From assembly GCA_965240325.2 (NCBI GenBank), contig OZ251222.1, forward strand, positions 2,666,001-2,730,000: a DNA stretch of 64,000 nucleotides, in the 5' to 3' direction. The notes beneath the pieces were generated by a model. It made no database searches and had not been told where the DNA came from. It worked only from the letters and a program-made list of their open reading frames with translations. This DNA comes from Rebecca billardiae RCC1528. Taxonomy: Eukaryota; Protista; Haptophyta. Of this stretch, positions 35,401 through 47,400 are shown piece by piece; position 1 is the first letter of the stretch; each line of letters begins with the position of its first letter. A program made the position numbers and the translations under genes.

Positions 35401-38400
35401 GGATCGGCGGCTTCACCAACGCGCTGAGCAACCTCGATCAGTTCGGCTTTGGCGCGGACCGTCTCGGTGACCTCGACGGCGACAACGTGACTGAGCTGAT
35501 GGTGAACTCGCTGGACAGCGCGAACAAGGGCGCTCTCTTCGTGCTGTTCATGCATCGCAACGGCACCGTGCGCGAGTACCAGAAGCTCGCGCAGGGCGTG
35601 GGCGGCTTCACGTCGACGCTCGACGCGGGCGACTTGTTCGGGGAGAGCCTGTCGGGGCTCGGCGATCTGGACGGCGACGGCGTGCCGGACGTGATCGCGG
35701 GCGCGACGAGCGACGACACTGGCGTGAGCGGCGGCGGCGCGGTGTACGTGCTCCTGCTCAACGCGGATGGCACGGTCAAGGCGGAGCAGAAGATCGCCTC
35801 GGGCACGGGCGGGCTGAGCGCGAGCTTGGCTGCCGATGACTTCTTCGGGGGCGGCGTGGCGACATTGGGCGACGTTGATGGTGACGGCGTCGTCGACGTG
35901 CTGGTTGGCGCGCCCGGCGACGACACCGCCGCCACGAACGCAGGCGCCTTGTACGTGCTCTTCCTGCACGCGAATGGCACGGTGAAAGCGGAGCGAAAGC
36001 TCGTGCCTGACGGGAGCGACATGCCGCTCACGGCGAGCGCGTCGTGGGTGTTTGGAGTCGCGGTGGGCGGCGCGGGCGACCTGGACGGCGACGGCGTGCC
36101 TGATGCTCTGGTCGGCGCGACGGGCGTTGTCCGCACCGCCGGCAAGACTGGCGCCGCGTTTGTGGTCTACCTGAACGCTGACGGCAGCGCCAAGCACGTG
36201 GACGAGATCAGCGCGGACGCGGGCGGCTTCACTGGGCCGCTCGCGCACGACGACGAGTTCGGCAGGAAGGTGGCCCTGCTCGGCGACCTGGACGGGGGCG
36301 GCAATCCGTCGATCATCGTGGGCGCGCCCAAGGATGCCCACGGCGCGGCGTGGGTGCTCAAGCTGTCGGGGTACTACCCGCCGAGCCCGCCCTCGCCGCC
36401 GCCGAGCCCGCCACCGTCGCCGCCGCCGAGCCCGCCGCCCGCGCCGACGGTGCGCGCGCAGCCCGAGTACCAGGCATGCGAGGCCGACCCGAGCACGTGC
36501 ACGGCGCTCGGCGTGGCAAACCGCGGTCTCACTGGCACGCTGCCGACCGAGCTCGGCCTCTTCAGCGTGCTCACTGTTATCCACGCCCACCTCAACAGCC
36601 TCACTGGCCCGTGGCCCACAGAGATCGGCGGTCTCACGAGCTTGCAGTCCTTCTGGTTGTACAACAACTGGGTGATCGGCGCGCCGCTGCCGACAGAGAT
36701 CGGCCTCATGACCAGCCTCACCGAAGTGCGCGTCTGGCAGGCTGGGCTGAATGGCTCGCTGCCCACTGAGTTCGGCAACCTGCCGCAGTTGGGAGAGCTC
36801 TCGGCCGGCGGAAACTCGTTCACGGGCACGATCCCGACTGAGATTGGGCAGCTGACCGCTGCGGACGTGCTTCTCGTCTTCGACGCCAATTCGTTCACGG
36901 GCTCCGTGCCCACAGAGGTGGGCGGGCTCACGGCCCTCGACCGGTTTGGCTGGAACCGGAACAGGCTCAACGGCACGGTGCCGACGGAGGTGGGCACGAT
37001 GCGCGCGCTCAGTTGGCTCCATTTGCACACCAACTCGATCACGGGCCAGATGCCCACCGAGCTCGGCAACATGACAGTCCTCACGACCCTACAGCTGCAT
37101 ATCAACTCGCTGACGGGGCCGATCCCGACCGAGCTCGGCCTCGCAGCCAGCATGGTCTATCTCGAGCTCTACTCGAACTCGTTTGAGGCGTCACTGCCGA
37201 GGGAGCTGGGCCAGCTGGCGAGCCTCGAAAACATGGTCATTTCTGGCGGGCAACTGACCGGCACGCTGCCCTCCGAGTTTGGTGACCTGGCAGCGCTCAA
37301 GAACATGGACCTTGCCGAAAACGCGCTGGCGGCCACGCTGCCGACGGAGCTGGGCCGGCTGGCCAGCCTGATCAAGCTTGATACCGCGATCAACGCGTTC
37401 ACGGGCCCGCTGCCGACGGAGCTCGGCGCGCTGAACGCGCTCGAGACAATCCAGCTCTTCCTCAACAGTCTGAACGGCACGCTGCCGATGACACTGGGCA
37501 GTCTCACGCGCATGTTGGATTTCCAGCTCGGAGTCAACTCGTTGCGCGGCACGCTGCCGTCGGAGATTGGGCTGCTCACCGCGACGTGGCGCCTGGAGTT
37601 CAACACGAACTCGCTGAGCGGCACGCTGCCGACGACGCTCGGCCAGCTCGCCGCGCTCGCGCGTTTCAGCATCGCCACGAACCCGGACGTCCTGGGCACG
37701 CTGCCCTCCGAGATCGGCGCGCTCGGCGCGCTCACCGCCTTTGACGTGACGTCGACGGGTGTGTGCGGCGACACGGCTGCGACTGGGCTGAACGGCACAG
37801 GCGTGATCATCCCGGACCCGCTCGCCGCGTGCGCGTCGCCATCGCCTCCACCGAGTCCACCGAGCCCGCTGCTCCAGGCGAACCCGCCACCGAGCCTGCC
37901 GAAGCCGCCGCCAAGCCCGCCGCCGCCGAGCCCGCCGCCGAGCCCGCCGCCGAGCCCGCCGAGCCCGCCCGTGCGGTACTGGTACTCGGACTGCCTCGAC
38001 AACACGACGTTGTGCACCGAGCTCGTGGCCCCTTCAAGCGGGCTCACGGGCCCCATCCCCTCGGAGGTGGGGCTGATGACGAGGCTGACCAGGTTCGAGC
38101 TGCACGACAACTCGCTAAGTGGCACGATGCCCACCGAGTTTGGCAAGCTCACCAGCCTCGAGCGCAGCACGCTCTACCGCAACTCGCTCGACGGCCAGAT
38201 CCCGACCGAGCTTGGCGAGCAGGCGAGTCTCGTCGAGTTGCAGCTGTTTCAGAACTCGCTGAACGGCACGCTGCCCACGGAGATGGGCATGCTGACGACT
38301 TTCACCAAGCTCGTGCTCGAGCGCAACTCGATCTCTGGCAGCTTGCCCACCGAGGTGGGGCGTATGGGCCGCTTTGAGCAAATGTGCGCGCACCGCGCGA

Positions 38401-41400
38401 GGGCGCCCTCTGCGCGCGCGCTGCCGACGCGAGACCGCGCGCGCGCCGTGGGCTGCCGCTCATACGTGCGCGGCGGTACGTGTGCGCGCGCTCTGTCCGC
38501 AGGCTGCTTCGCGACAACCTGCTCGTCGGCAGTATCCCAACGGAGGTGGGTGGTCTGAGCAGCCTGGCGCTGATGCAGCTGTACGACAACTCGCTCGACG
38601 GGAGCATCCCCACGCAAGTGAGCGGCATGACGAGCCTCACTGTGATGGCGCTGTACCGCAACTCGCTCGTCGGCGCGCTCCCGACGGAGGTGGGCGAGAT
38701 GACGAGCCTGACCGAGCTGGAGGGCTTCCGAAACTCGCTGAGCGGCCCCGTGCCGACGGAGGTCGGTGCTCTGACAGGCCTCACCGACCTGCTCTTTGAC
38801 CGCAACTCGTTTGACAGCCTGCCGACTGAGCTCGGCTTGCTCTCGAGCCTGAGGCTGATGGGCTTGGACCTGAACTCGCTGGCGAGCAGCATCCCGACCG
38901 AGCTTGGCGACATGAGCACGCTCGCGCTCATGTACCTGTACGACAACTCGCTCGTCGGCACGATCCCGACCGAGGTTGGCGAGCTGACGAGCCTCTCGTG
39001 GCTGCGGCTGTACCGCAACTCTCTGTCGGGCACGATTCCGACGGAGGTGGGCGCGCTGACGATCGGCAGTGCGCTGCTTCTGTTCGGCAACTCGCTCGAC
39101 GGCAGTGTGCCCACGGAGCTCGGCGCGATGGTGAGCCTCACCTCCATCTCGCTGGACGACAACCCGATCGTGAGCGTCATTCCGACCGAGATTGGCGCGA
39201 TGACGAGTCTCACGGCGATGAGCGTCGCCGACACGCTCATGTGTGGCGGCGAGCACAACTTCACGGTGGTGACGCCCGCAGTGCTGCCGGCGTGCCCGCC
39301 GTCACCTCCGCCGAGCCCGCCGAGCCCGCCGAGCCCGCCGAGCCCGCCGCCGAGCCCGCCGCCGCCGAGCCCGCCGCCGAGCCCGCCACCGTCGCCACCG
39401 CCGAGCCCGCCGAGCCCGCTGCTTCAGGGGAACCCGCCACCGAGCCTACCGAAGCCGCCGCCAAGCCCGCCGCCGCCGAGCCCGCCGCCAAGCCCGCCGC
39501 CGACGCCGCCGAGCCCGCCGGTGCGGTACTGGTACTCGGACTGCCTCGACAACACGACGTTGTGCACCGAGCTCGTGGCCCCTTCAAGCGGGCTCACGGG
39601 CCCCATCCCCTCGGAGGTGGGGCTGATGACGAGGCTGACCAGGTTCGAGCTGCACGACAACTCGCTGAGTGGCACGATGCCCACCGAGTTTGGCAAGCTC
39701 ACCAGCCTCGAGCGCAGCACGCTCTACCGCAACTCGCTCGACGGCCAGATCCCGACCGAGCTGGGCGAGCAGGCGAGTCTCGTCGAGTTGCAGCTGTTTC
39801 AGAACTCGCTGAACGGCACGCTGCCCACGGAGATGGGCATGCTGACGACGTTCACCAAGCTCGTGCTCGAGCTCAACTCGATCTCTGGCAGCTTGCCCAC
39901 CGAGGTGGGGCAGATGGGCCGCTTTGCGCAAATGTGCGCGCACCGCGCGAGGGCGCCCTCTGCGCGCGCGCTGCCGACGCGAGACCGCGCGCGCGCCGTG
40001 TGCTGCCGCTCATACGTGCGCGGCGGTACGTGTGCGCGCGCCCTGTCCGCAGGCTGCTTCGCGACAACCTGCTCGTCGGCAGTATCCCAACGGAGGTGGG
40101 TGGTCTGAGCAGCCTGGCGCTGATGCAGCTGAACGACAACTCGCTCGACGGGAGCATCCCCACGCAAGTGAGCGGCATGACGAGCCTCACGGCGATGGCG
40201 CTGTACCGCAACTCGCTCGTCGGCGCGCTCCCGACGGAGGTGGGCGAGATGACGAGCCTGACCGAGCTGGAGGGCTTCCGCAACTCGCTGAGCGGCCCCG
40301 TGCCGACGGAGGTCGGTGCTCTGACAGGCCTCACCAACCTGCTCTTTGACCGCAACTCGTTTGACAGCCTGCCGACTGAGCTCGGCTTGCTCTCGAGCCT
40401 GAGGCTGATGGGCTTGGACCTGAACTCGCTGGCGAGCAGCATCCCGACCGAGCTTGGCGACATGAGCACGCTCGCGCTCATGTACCTGTACGACAACTCG
40501 CTCGTCGGCACGATCCCGACCGAGGTTGGCGAGCTGACGAGCCTCTCGTGGCTGCGGCTGTACCGCAACTCTCTGTCGGGCACGATTCCGACGGAGGTGG
40601 GCGCGCTGACGATCGGCAGTGCGCTGCTTCTGTTCGGCAACTCGCTCGACGGCAGTGTGCCCACGGAGCTCGGTGCGATGGCGAGCCTCACCTCCATCTC
40701 GCTGGACGACAACCCGATCGTGAGCGTCATTCCGACCGAGATTGGCGCGATGACGAGTCTCACGGCGATGAGCGTCGCCGACACGCTCATGTGTGGCGGC
40801 GAGCACAACTTCACGGTGGTGACGCCCGCAGTGCTGCCGGCGTGCCCGCCGTCACCTCCGCCGAGCCCGCCGAGCCCGCCGAGCCCGCCCCCGAGCCCGC
40901 CGCCAAGCCCGCCGACGCCGAGCCCGCCGCCGAGCCCGCCACCGTCGCCACCGCCGAGCCCGCCGAGCCCGCTGCTTCAGGGGAACCCGCCACCGAGCCT
41001 ACCGAAGCCGCCGCCAAGCCCGCCGCCGCCGAGCCCGCCGCCGAGCCCGCCGCCGAGCCCGCCGAGCCCGCCCGTGCGGTACTGGTACTCGGACTGCCTC
41101 GACAACACGACGTTGTGCACCGAGCTCGTGGCCCCTTCAAGCGGGCTCACGGGCCCCATCCCCTCGGAGGTGGGGCTGATGACGAGGCTGACCAGGTTCG
41201 AGCTGCACGACAACTCGCTGAGTGGCACGATGCCCACCGAGTTTGGCAAGCTCACCAGCCTCGAGCGCAGCACGCTCTACCGCAACTCGCTCGACGGCCA
41301 GATCCCGACCGAGCTGGGCGAGCAGGCGAGTCTCGTCGAGTTGCAGCTGTTTCAGAACTCGCTGAACGGCACGCTGCCCACGGAGATGGGCATGCTGACG

Positions 41401-44400
41401 ACGTTCACCAAGCTCGTGCTCGAGCTCAACTCGATCTCTGGCAGCTTGCCCACCGAGGTGGGGCGTATGGGCCGCTTTGAGCAAATGTGCGCGCACCGCG
41501 CGAGGGCGCCCTCTGCGCGCGCGCTGCCGACGCGAGACCGCGCGCGCGCCGTGTGCTGCCGCTCATACGTGCGCGGCGGTACGTGTGCGCGCGCCCTGTC
41601 CGCAGGCTGCTTCGCGACAACCTGCTCGTCGGCAGTATCCCAACGGAGGTGGGTGGTCTGAGCAGCCTGGCGCTGATGCAGCTGAACGACAACTCGCTCG
41701 ACGGGAGCATCCCCACGCAAGTGAGCGGCATGACGAGCCTCACGGCGATGGCGCTGTACCGCAACTCGCTCGTCGGCGCGCTCCCGACGGAGGTGGGCGA
41801 GATGACGAGCCTGACCGAGCTGGAGGGCTTCCGCAACTCGCTGAGCGGCCCCGTGCCGACGGAGGTCGGTGCTCTGACAGGCCTCACCAACCTGCTCTTT
41901 GACCGCAACTCGTTTGACAGCCTGCCGACTGAGCTCGGCTTGCTCTCGAGCCTGAGGCTGATGGGCTTGGACCTGAACTCGCTGGCGAGCAGCATCCCGA
42001 CCGAGCTTGGCGACATGAGCACGCTCGCGCTCATGTACCTGTACGACAACTCGCTCGTCGGCACGATCCCGACCGAGGTTGGCGAGCTGACGAGCCTCTC
42101 GTGGCTGCGGCTGTACCGCAACTCTCTGTCGGGCACGATTCCGACGGAGGTGGGCGCGCTGACGATCGGCAGTGCGCTGCTTCTGTTCGGCAACTCGCTC
42201 GACGGCAGTGTGCCCACGGAGCTCGGCGCGATGGTGAGCCTCACCTCCATCTCGCTGGACGACAACCCGATCGTGAGCGTCATTCCGACCGAGATTGGCG
42301 CGATGACGAGTCTCACGGCAATGAGCGTCGCCGACACGCTCATGTGTGGCGGCGAGCACAACTTCACGGTGGTGACGCCCGCAGTGCTGCCGGCGTGCCC
42401 GCCGTCACCTCCGCCGAGCCCGCCGAGCCCGCCGAGCCCGCCGCCGAGCCCACCTCCCAGCCAGCCTCCGTTTCCACCTCCATCCCCGCCGCCGTTGTCA
42501 CCCCGCGTGCCACCTCCGAGCCCACCGCCCAGCCCGCCACCGCCGACGCCCCCGCCCAGCCCGCCGCCGAGTCCGCCGCCCAGCCCACCACCGTCACCTT
42601 TGCCTCCGCCAAGCCCACCACCCAGCCAGCCTCCGATGCCGCCGCCATCGCCACCACCATCGAAGCCACCCGCGCCACCTCCAAGCCCGCCGCCGAGCCC
42701 GCCACCGCCGGTGCCACCGCCCATCCCACCGCCATCACCGCCGCCGAGTCCGCCACCTGTGCCACCGCCATCGCCACCGCCAAGCCCGCCACCGTCACCT
42801 TTGCCGCCGCCGAGTCCACCACCCAACCAGCCTCCGTTGCCGCCGCCATCCCCGCCGCCGTCGTTGCCACCTGCGCCACCTCCAAGCCCGCCACCGAGCC
42901 CGCCACCTCCGAGCCCGCCACCGAGCCCGCCGCCATCGCCGCCGCCGAGTCCGCCACCTGTGCCACCGCCATCGCCACCGCCGAGCCCGCCACCGTCACC
43001 TTTGCCGCCGCCAAGCCCACCTCCCAGCCAGCCTCCGTCGCCGCCACCGTCCCCGCCGCCGTCGTCGCCACCCGCGCCGCCTCCAAGCCCGCCGCCGAGC
43101 CCGCCACCGCCGATGCCACCGCCCATCCCGCCGCCATCGCCGCCGCCGAGTCCGCCACCTGTGCCACCGCCATCCCCACCTCCGAGCCCGCCACCGTCAC
43201 CTTTGCCGCCGCCAAGCCCACCTCCCAGCCAGCCTCCGTCGCCGCCACCGTCCCCGCCGCCGTCGTCGCCACCCGCGCCGCCTCCAAGCCCGCCGCCGAG
43301 CCCGCCACCGCCGATGCCACCGCCCATCCCGCCGCCATCGCCGCCGCCGAGCCCGCCACCTGTGCCACCGCCATCGCCACCGCCGAGCCCACCACCATCA
43401 CCTTTGCCGCCGCCGAGTCCACCACCCAACCAGCCTCCGTTGCCGCCACCGTCGCCGCCGCCGTCGTCGCCACCCACGCCGCCACCAAGCCCGCCGCCGA
43501 GCCCGCCACCGCCGATGCCACCGCCCATCCCGCCGCCATCGCCGCCGCCGAGTCCGCCACCTGTGCTACCGCCATCGCCACCGCCGAGCCCGCCACCGTC
43601 ACCTTTGCCGCCTCCAAGCCCACCACCCAACCAGCCTCCGTTGCCGCCGCCGTCGCCGCCGCCGTCGTCGCCACCCGCGCCACCTCCAAGCCCGCCGCCA
43701 AGCCCGCCACCTCCCAGCCCGCCACCGAGCCCGCCGCCGTCACCGCCGCCGAGACCGCCTCCTGTCCCACCGCCATCGCCACCGCCGAGCCCGCCACCGT
43801 CACCTTTGCCTCCGCCGAGCCCACCTCCCAGCCAGCCTCCGTCGCCGCCGCCATCCCCGCCGCCGACATCGCCACCCGCGCCACCTCCAAGCCCGCCGCC
43901 GAGCCCGCCACCACCGATGCCCCCACCGAGTCCGCCACCGAGCCCGCCTCCAAGCCCCCCGCCCGCTCCGCCGCCTTCCCCACCGCCGAGCCCACCGCCG
44001 TCACCTTTGCCACCGCCGAGTCCACCTCCCAACCAGCCTCCGTTGCCGCCACCGTCGCCGCCGCCGTCGTCGCCACCCACGCCGCCTCCAAGCCCGCCAC
44101 CCAGTCCGCCACCTCCCAGCCCGCCACCGAGCCCGCCGCCATCGCCGCCGCCGAGTCCGCCACCTGTGCCGCCGCCATCGCCACCGCCGAGCCCGCCACC
44201 GTCACCTTTGCCTCCGCCGAGCCCACCTCCCAGCCAGCCTCCATCGCCGCCACCGTCCCCGCCGCCGTCGTCGCCACCCGCGCCGCCTCCAAGCCCGCCG
44301 CCGAGCCCGCCACCGCCGATGCCACCGCCCATCCCGCCGCCATCGCCGCCGCCGAGCCCGCCACCTGTGCCACCGCCATCGCCACCGCCGAGCCCACCAC

Positions 44401-47400
44401 CATCACCTTTGCCGCCGCCGAGTCCACCACCCAACCAGCCTCCGTTGCCGCCACCGTCGCCGCCGCCGTCGTCGCCACCCACGCCGCCACCAAGCCCGCC
44501 GCCGAGCCCGCCACCGCCGATGCCACCGCCCATCCCGCCGCCATCGCCGCCGCCGAGTCCGCCACCTGTGCTACCGCCATCGCCACCGCCGAGCCCGCCA
44601 CCGTCTCCTTTGCCGCCTCCAAGCCCACCACCCAACCAGCCTCCGTTGCCGCCGCCGTCGCCGCCGCCGTCGTCGCCACCCGCGCCACCTCCAAGCCCGC
44701 CGCCAAGCCCGCCACCTCCCAGCCCGCCACCGAGCCCGCCGCCGTCACCGCCGCCGAGACCGCCTCCTGTCCCACCGCCATCGCCACCGCCGAGCCCGCC
44801 ACCGTCACCTTTGCCTCCGCCAAGCCCACCTCCCAGCCAGCCTCCGTCGCCGCCGCCATCCCCGCCGCCGACATCGCCACCCGCGCCACCTCCAAGCCCG
44901 CCGCCGAGCCCGCCACCACCGATGCCCCCACCGAGTCCGCCACCGAGCCCGCCTCCAAGCCCCCCGCCCGCTCCGCCGCCTTCGCCACCGCCGAGCCCAC
45001 CGCCGTCACCTTTGCCACCGCCGAGTCCACCTCCCAACCAGCCTCCGTTGCCGCCACCGTCCCCGCCGCCGTCGTCGCCACCCGCGCCGCCTCCAAGCCC
45101 GCCACCCAGTCCGCCACCTCCAAGCCCGCCACCGAGCCCGCCGCCATCGCCGCCGCCGAGTCCGCCACCTGTGCCGCCGCCATCGCCACCGCCGAGCCCG
45201 CCACCGTCACCTTTGCCTCCGCCGAGCCCACCTCCCAGCCAGCCTCCGTCGCCGCCGCCATCCCCGCCGCCGTCGTCGCCACCCGCGCCGCCTCCAAGCC
45301 CGCCGCCGAGCCCGCCACCTCCGAGCCCGCCACCGAGCCCACCGCCATCGCCGCCGCCGGGTCCGCCACCTGTGCCACCGCCATCCCCACCGCCGAGCCC
45401 GCCACCGTCACCTTTGCCTCCGCCGAGCCCACCTCCCAGCCAGCCTCCGTCGCCGCCGCCATCCCCGCCGCCGACATCGCCACCCGCGCCACCTCCAAGC
45501 CCGCCGCCGAGCCCGCCACCACCGATGCCCCCACCGAGTCCGCCACCGAGCCCGCCTCCAAGCCCCCCGCCCGCTCCGCCGCCTTCGCCACCGCCGAGCC
45601 CACCGCCGTCACCTTTGCCACCGCCGAGTCCACCTCCCAACCAGCCTCCGTTGCCGCCACCGTCCCCGCCGCCGTCGTCGCCACCCGCGCCGCCTCCAAG
45701 CCCGCCGCCCAGTCCGCCACCTCCCAGCCCGCCACCGAGCCCGCCGCCATCGCCACCGCCGAGTCCGCCACCTGTGCCGCCGCCATCGCCACCGCCCAGC
45801 CCACCACCGTCACCTTTGCCGCCGCCGAGTCCACCACCCAACCAGCCTCCGTCGCCGCCACCGTCCCCGCCGCCGTCGTCGCCACCCGCGCCGCCTCCAA
45901 GCCCGCCTCCGAGCCCGCCACCTCCGAGCGCGCCACCGAGCCCGCCGCCATCGCCGCCGCCGAGTCCGCCACCTGTGCCGCCGCCATCGCCACCGCCGAG
46001 CCCACCACCGTCACCTTTGCCGCCGCCGAGTCCACCACCCAACCAGCCTCCGTCGCCGCCACCGTCCCCGCCGCCGTCGTCGCCACCCGCGCCGCCTCCA
46101 AGCCCGCCTCCGAGCCCGCCACCTCCGAGCGCGCCACCGAGCCCGCCGCCATCGCCGCCGCCGAGTCCGCCACCTGTGCCGCCGCCATCGCCACCGCCGA
46201 GCCCACCACCGTCACCTTTGCCCCCGCCGAGCCCACCTCCCAGCCAGCCTCCGTCGCCGCCACCGTCCCCGCCGCCGTCGTCGCCACCCACGCCGCCACC
46301 AAGCCCGCCGCCGAGCCCGCCACCTCCGAGCCCGCCACCGAGCCCGCCGCCATCGCCGCCGCCGAGTCCGCCACCTGTGCCGCCGCCATCGCCACCGCCC
46401 AGCCCGCCACCGTCACCTTTGCCTCCGCCGAGCCCACCTCCCAGCCAGCCTCCGTCGCCGCCACCGTCCCCGCCGCCGTCGTCGCCACCCGCGCCGCCTC
46501 CAAGCCCGCCGCCGAGCCCGCCACCACCGATGCCCCCACCGAGTCCGCCACCGAGCCCGCCTCCAAGCCCCCCTCCCGCTCCGCCGCCTTCGCCACCGCC
46601 GAGCCCACCGCCGTCACCTTTGCCACCGCCGAGTCCACCTCCCAACCAGCCTCCGTTGCCGCCACCGTCCCCGCCGCCGTCGTCGCCACCCGCGCCGCCT
46701 CCAAGCCCGCCGCCGAGCCCGCCACCACCGATGCCCCCACCGAGCCCGCCGCCATCGCCGCCGCCGAGTCCGCCACCTGTGCCGCCGCCATCGCCACCGC
46801 CGAGCCCACCACCATCACCTTTGCCTCCGCCGAGCCCACCTCCCAGCCAGCCTCCGTCGCCGCCACCGTCCCCGCCGCCGTCGTCGCCACCCGCGCCACC
46901 TCCAAGCCCGCCGCCGAGCCCGCCACCTCCCAGCCCGCCACCGAGCCCGCCGCCATCGCCACCGCCGAGTCCGCCACCTGTGCCACCGCCATCGCCACCG
47001 CCGAGCCCACCACCGTCACCTTTGCCCCCGCCGAGCCCACCTCCCAGCCAGCCTCCGTCGCCGCCACCGTCCCCGCCGCCGTCGTCGCCACCCGCGCCGC
47101 CTCCAAGCCCGCCGCCGAGCCCGCCACCTCCGAGCCCGCCACCGAGCCCGCCGCCATCGCCGCCGCCGAGTCCGCCACCTGTGCCGCCGCCATCGCCACC
47201 GCCATCGCCACCACCGTCACCTTTGCCGCCGCCGAGTCCACCACCCAACCAGCCTCCGTCGCCGCCGCCGTCGCCGCCGCCATCACCGCCACCCGCGCCA
47301 CCTCCCAGCCCGCCGCCGAGCCCGCCACCTCCGAGCCCGCCACCGAGCCCGCCGCCATTGCCGCCGCCGGGTCCGCCTCCTGTCCCACCGCCATCGCCAC

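Larger units (their letters stand above)
37970..42398 (+). repeat. Second array of three LRR modules (period ~1550 bp)
   Basis: Same module with a longer linker (LLQGNPPPSLPKPP) and the 119-nt intron variant; intron spacings 1550 and 1553 bp. Confidence 0.95.

Noticed and set aside
26466-42398. Reading the LRR region as many separate genes or as programmed frameshifts
   Set aside because: Each frame change coincides with a canonical GT-AG intron whose removal restores an exact 24-aa LRR.
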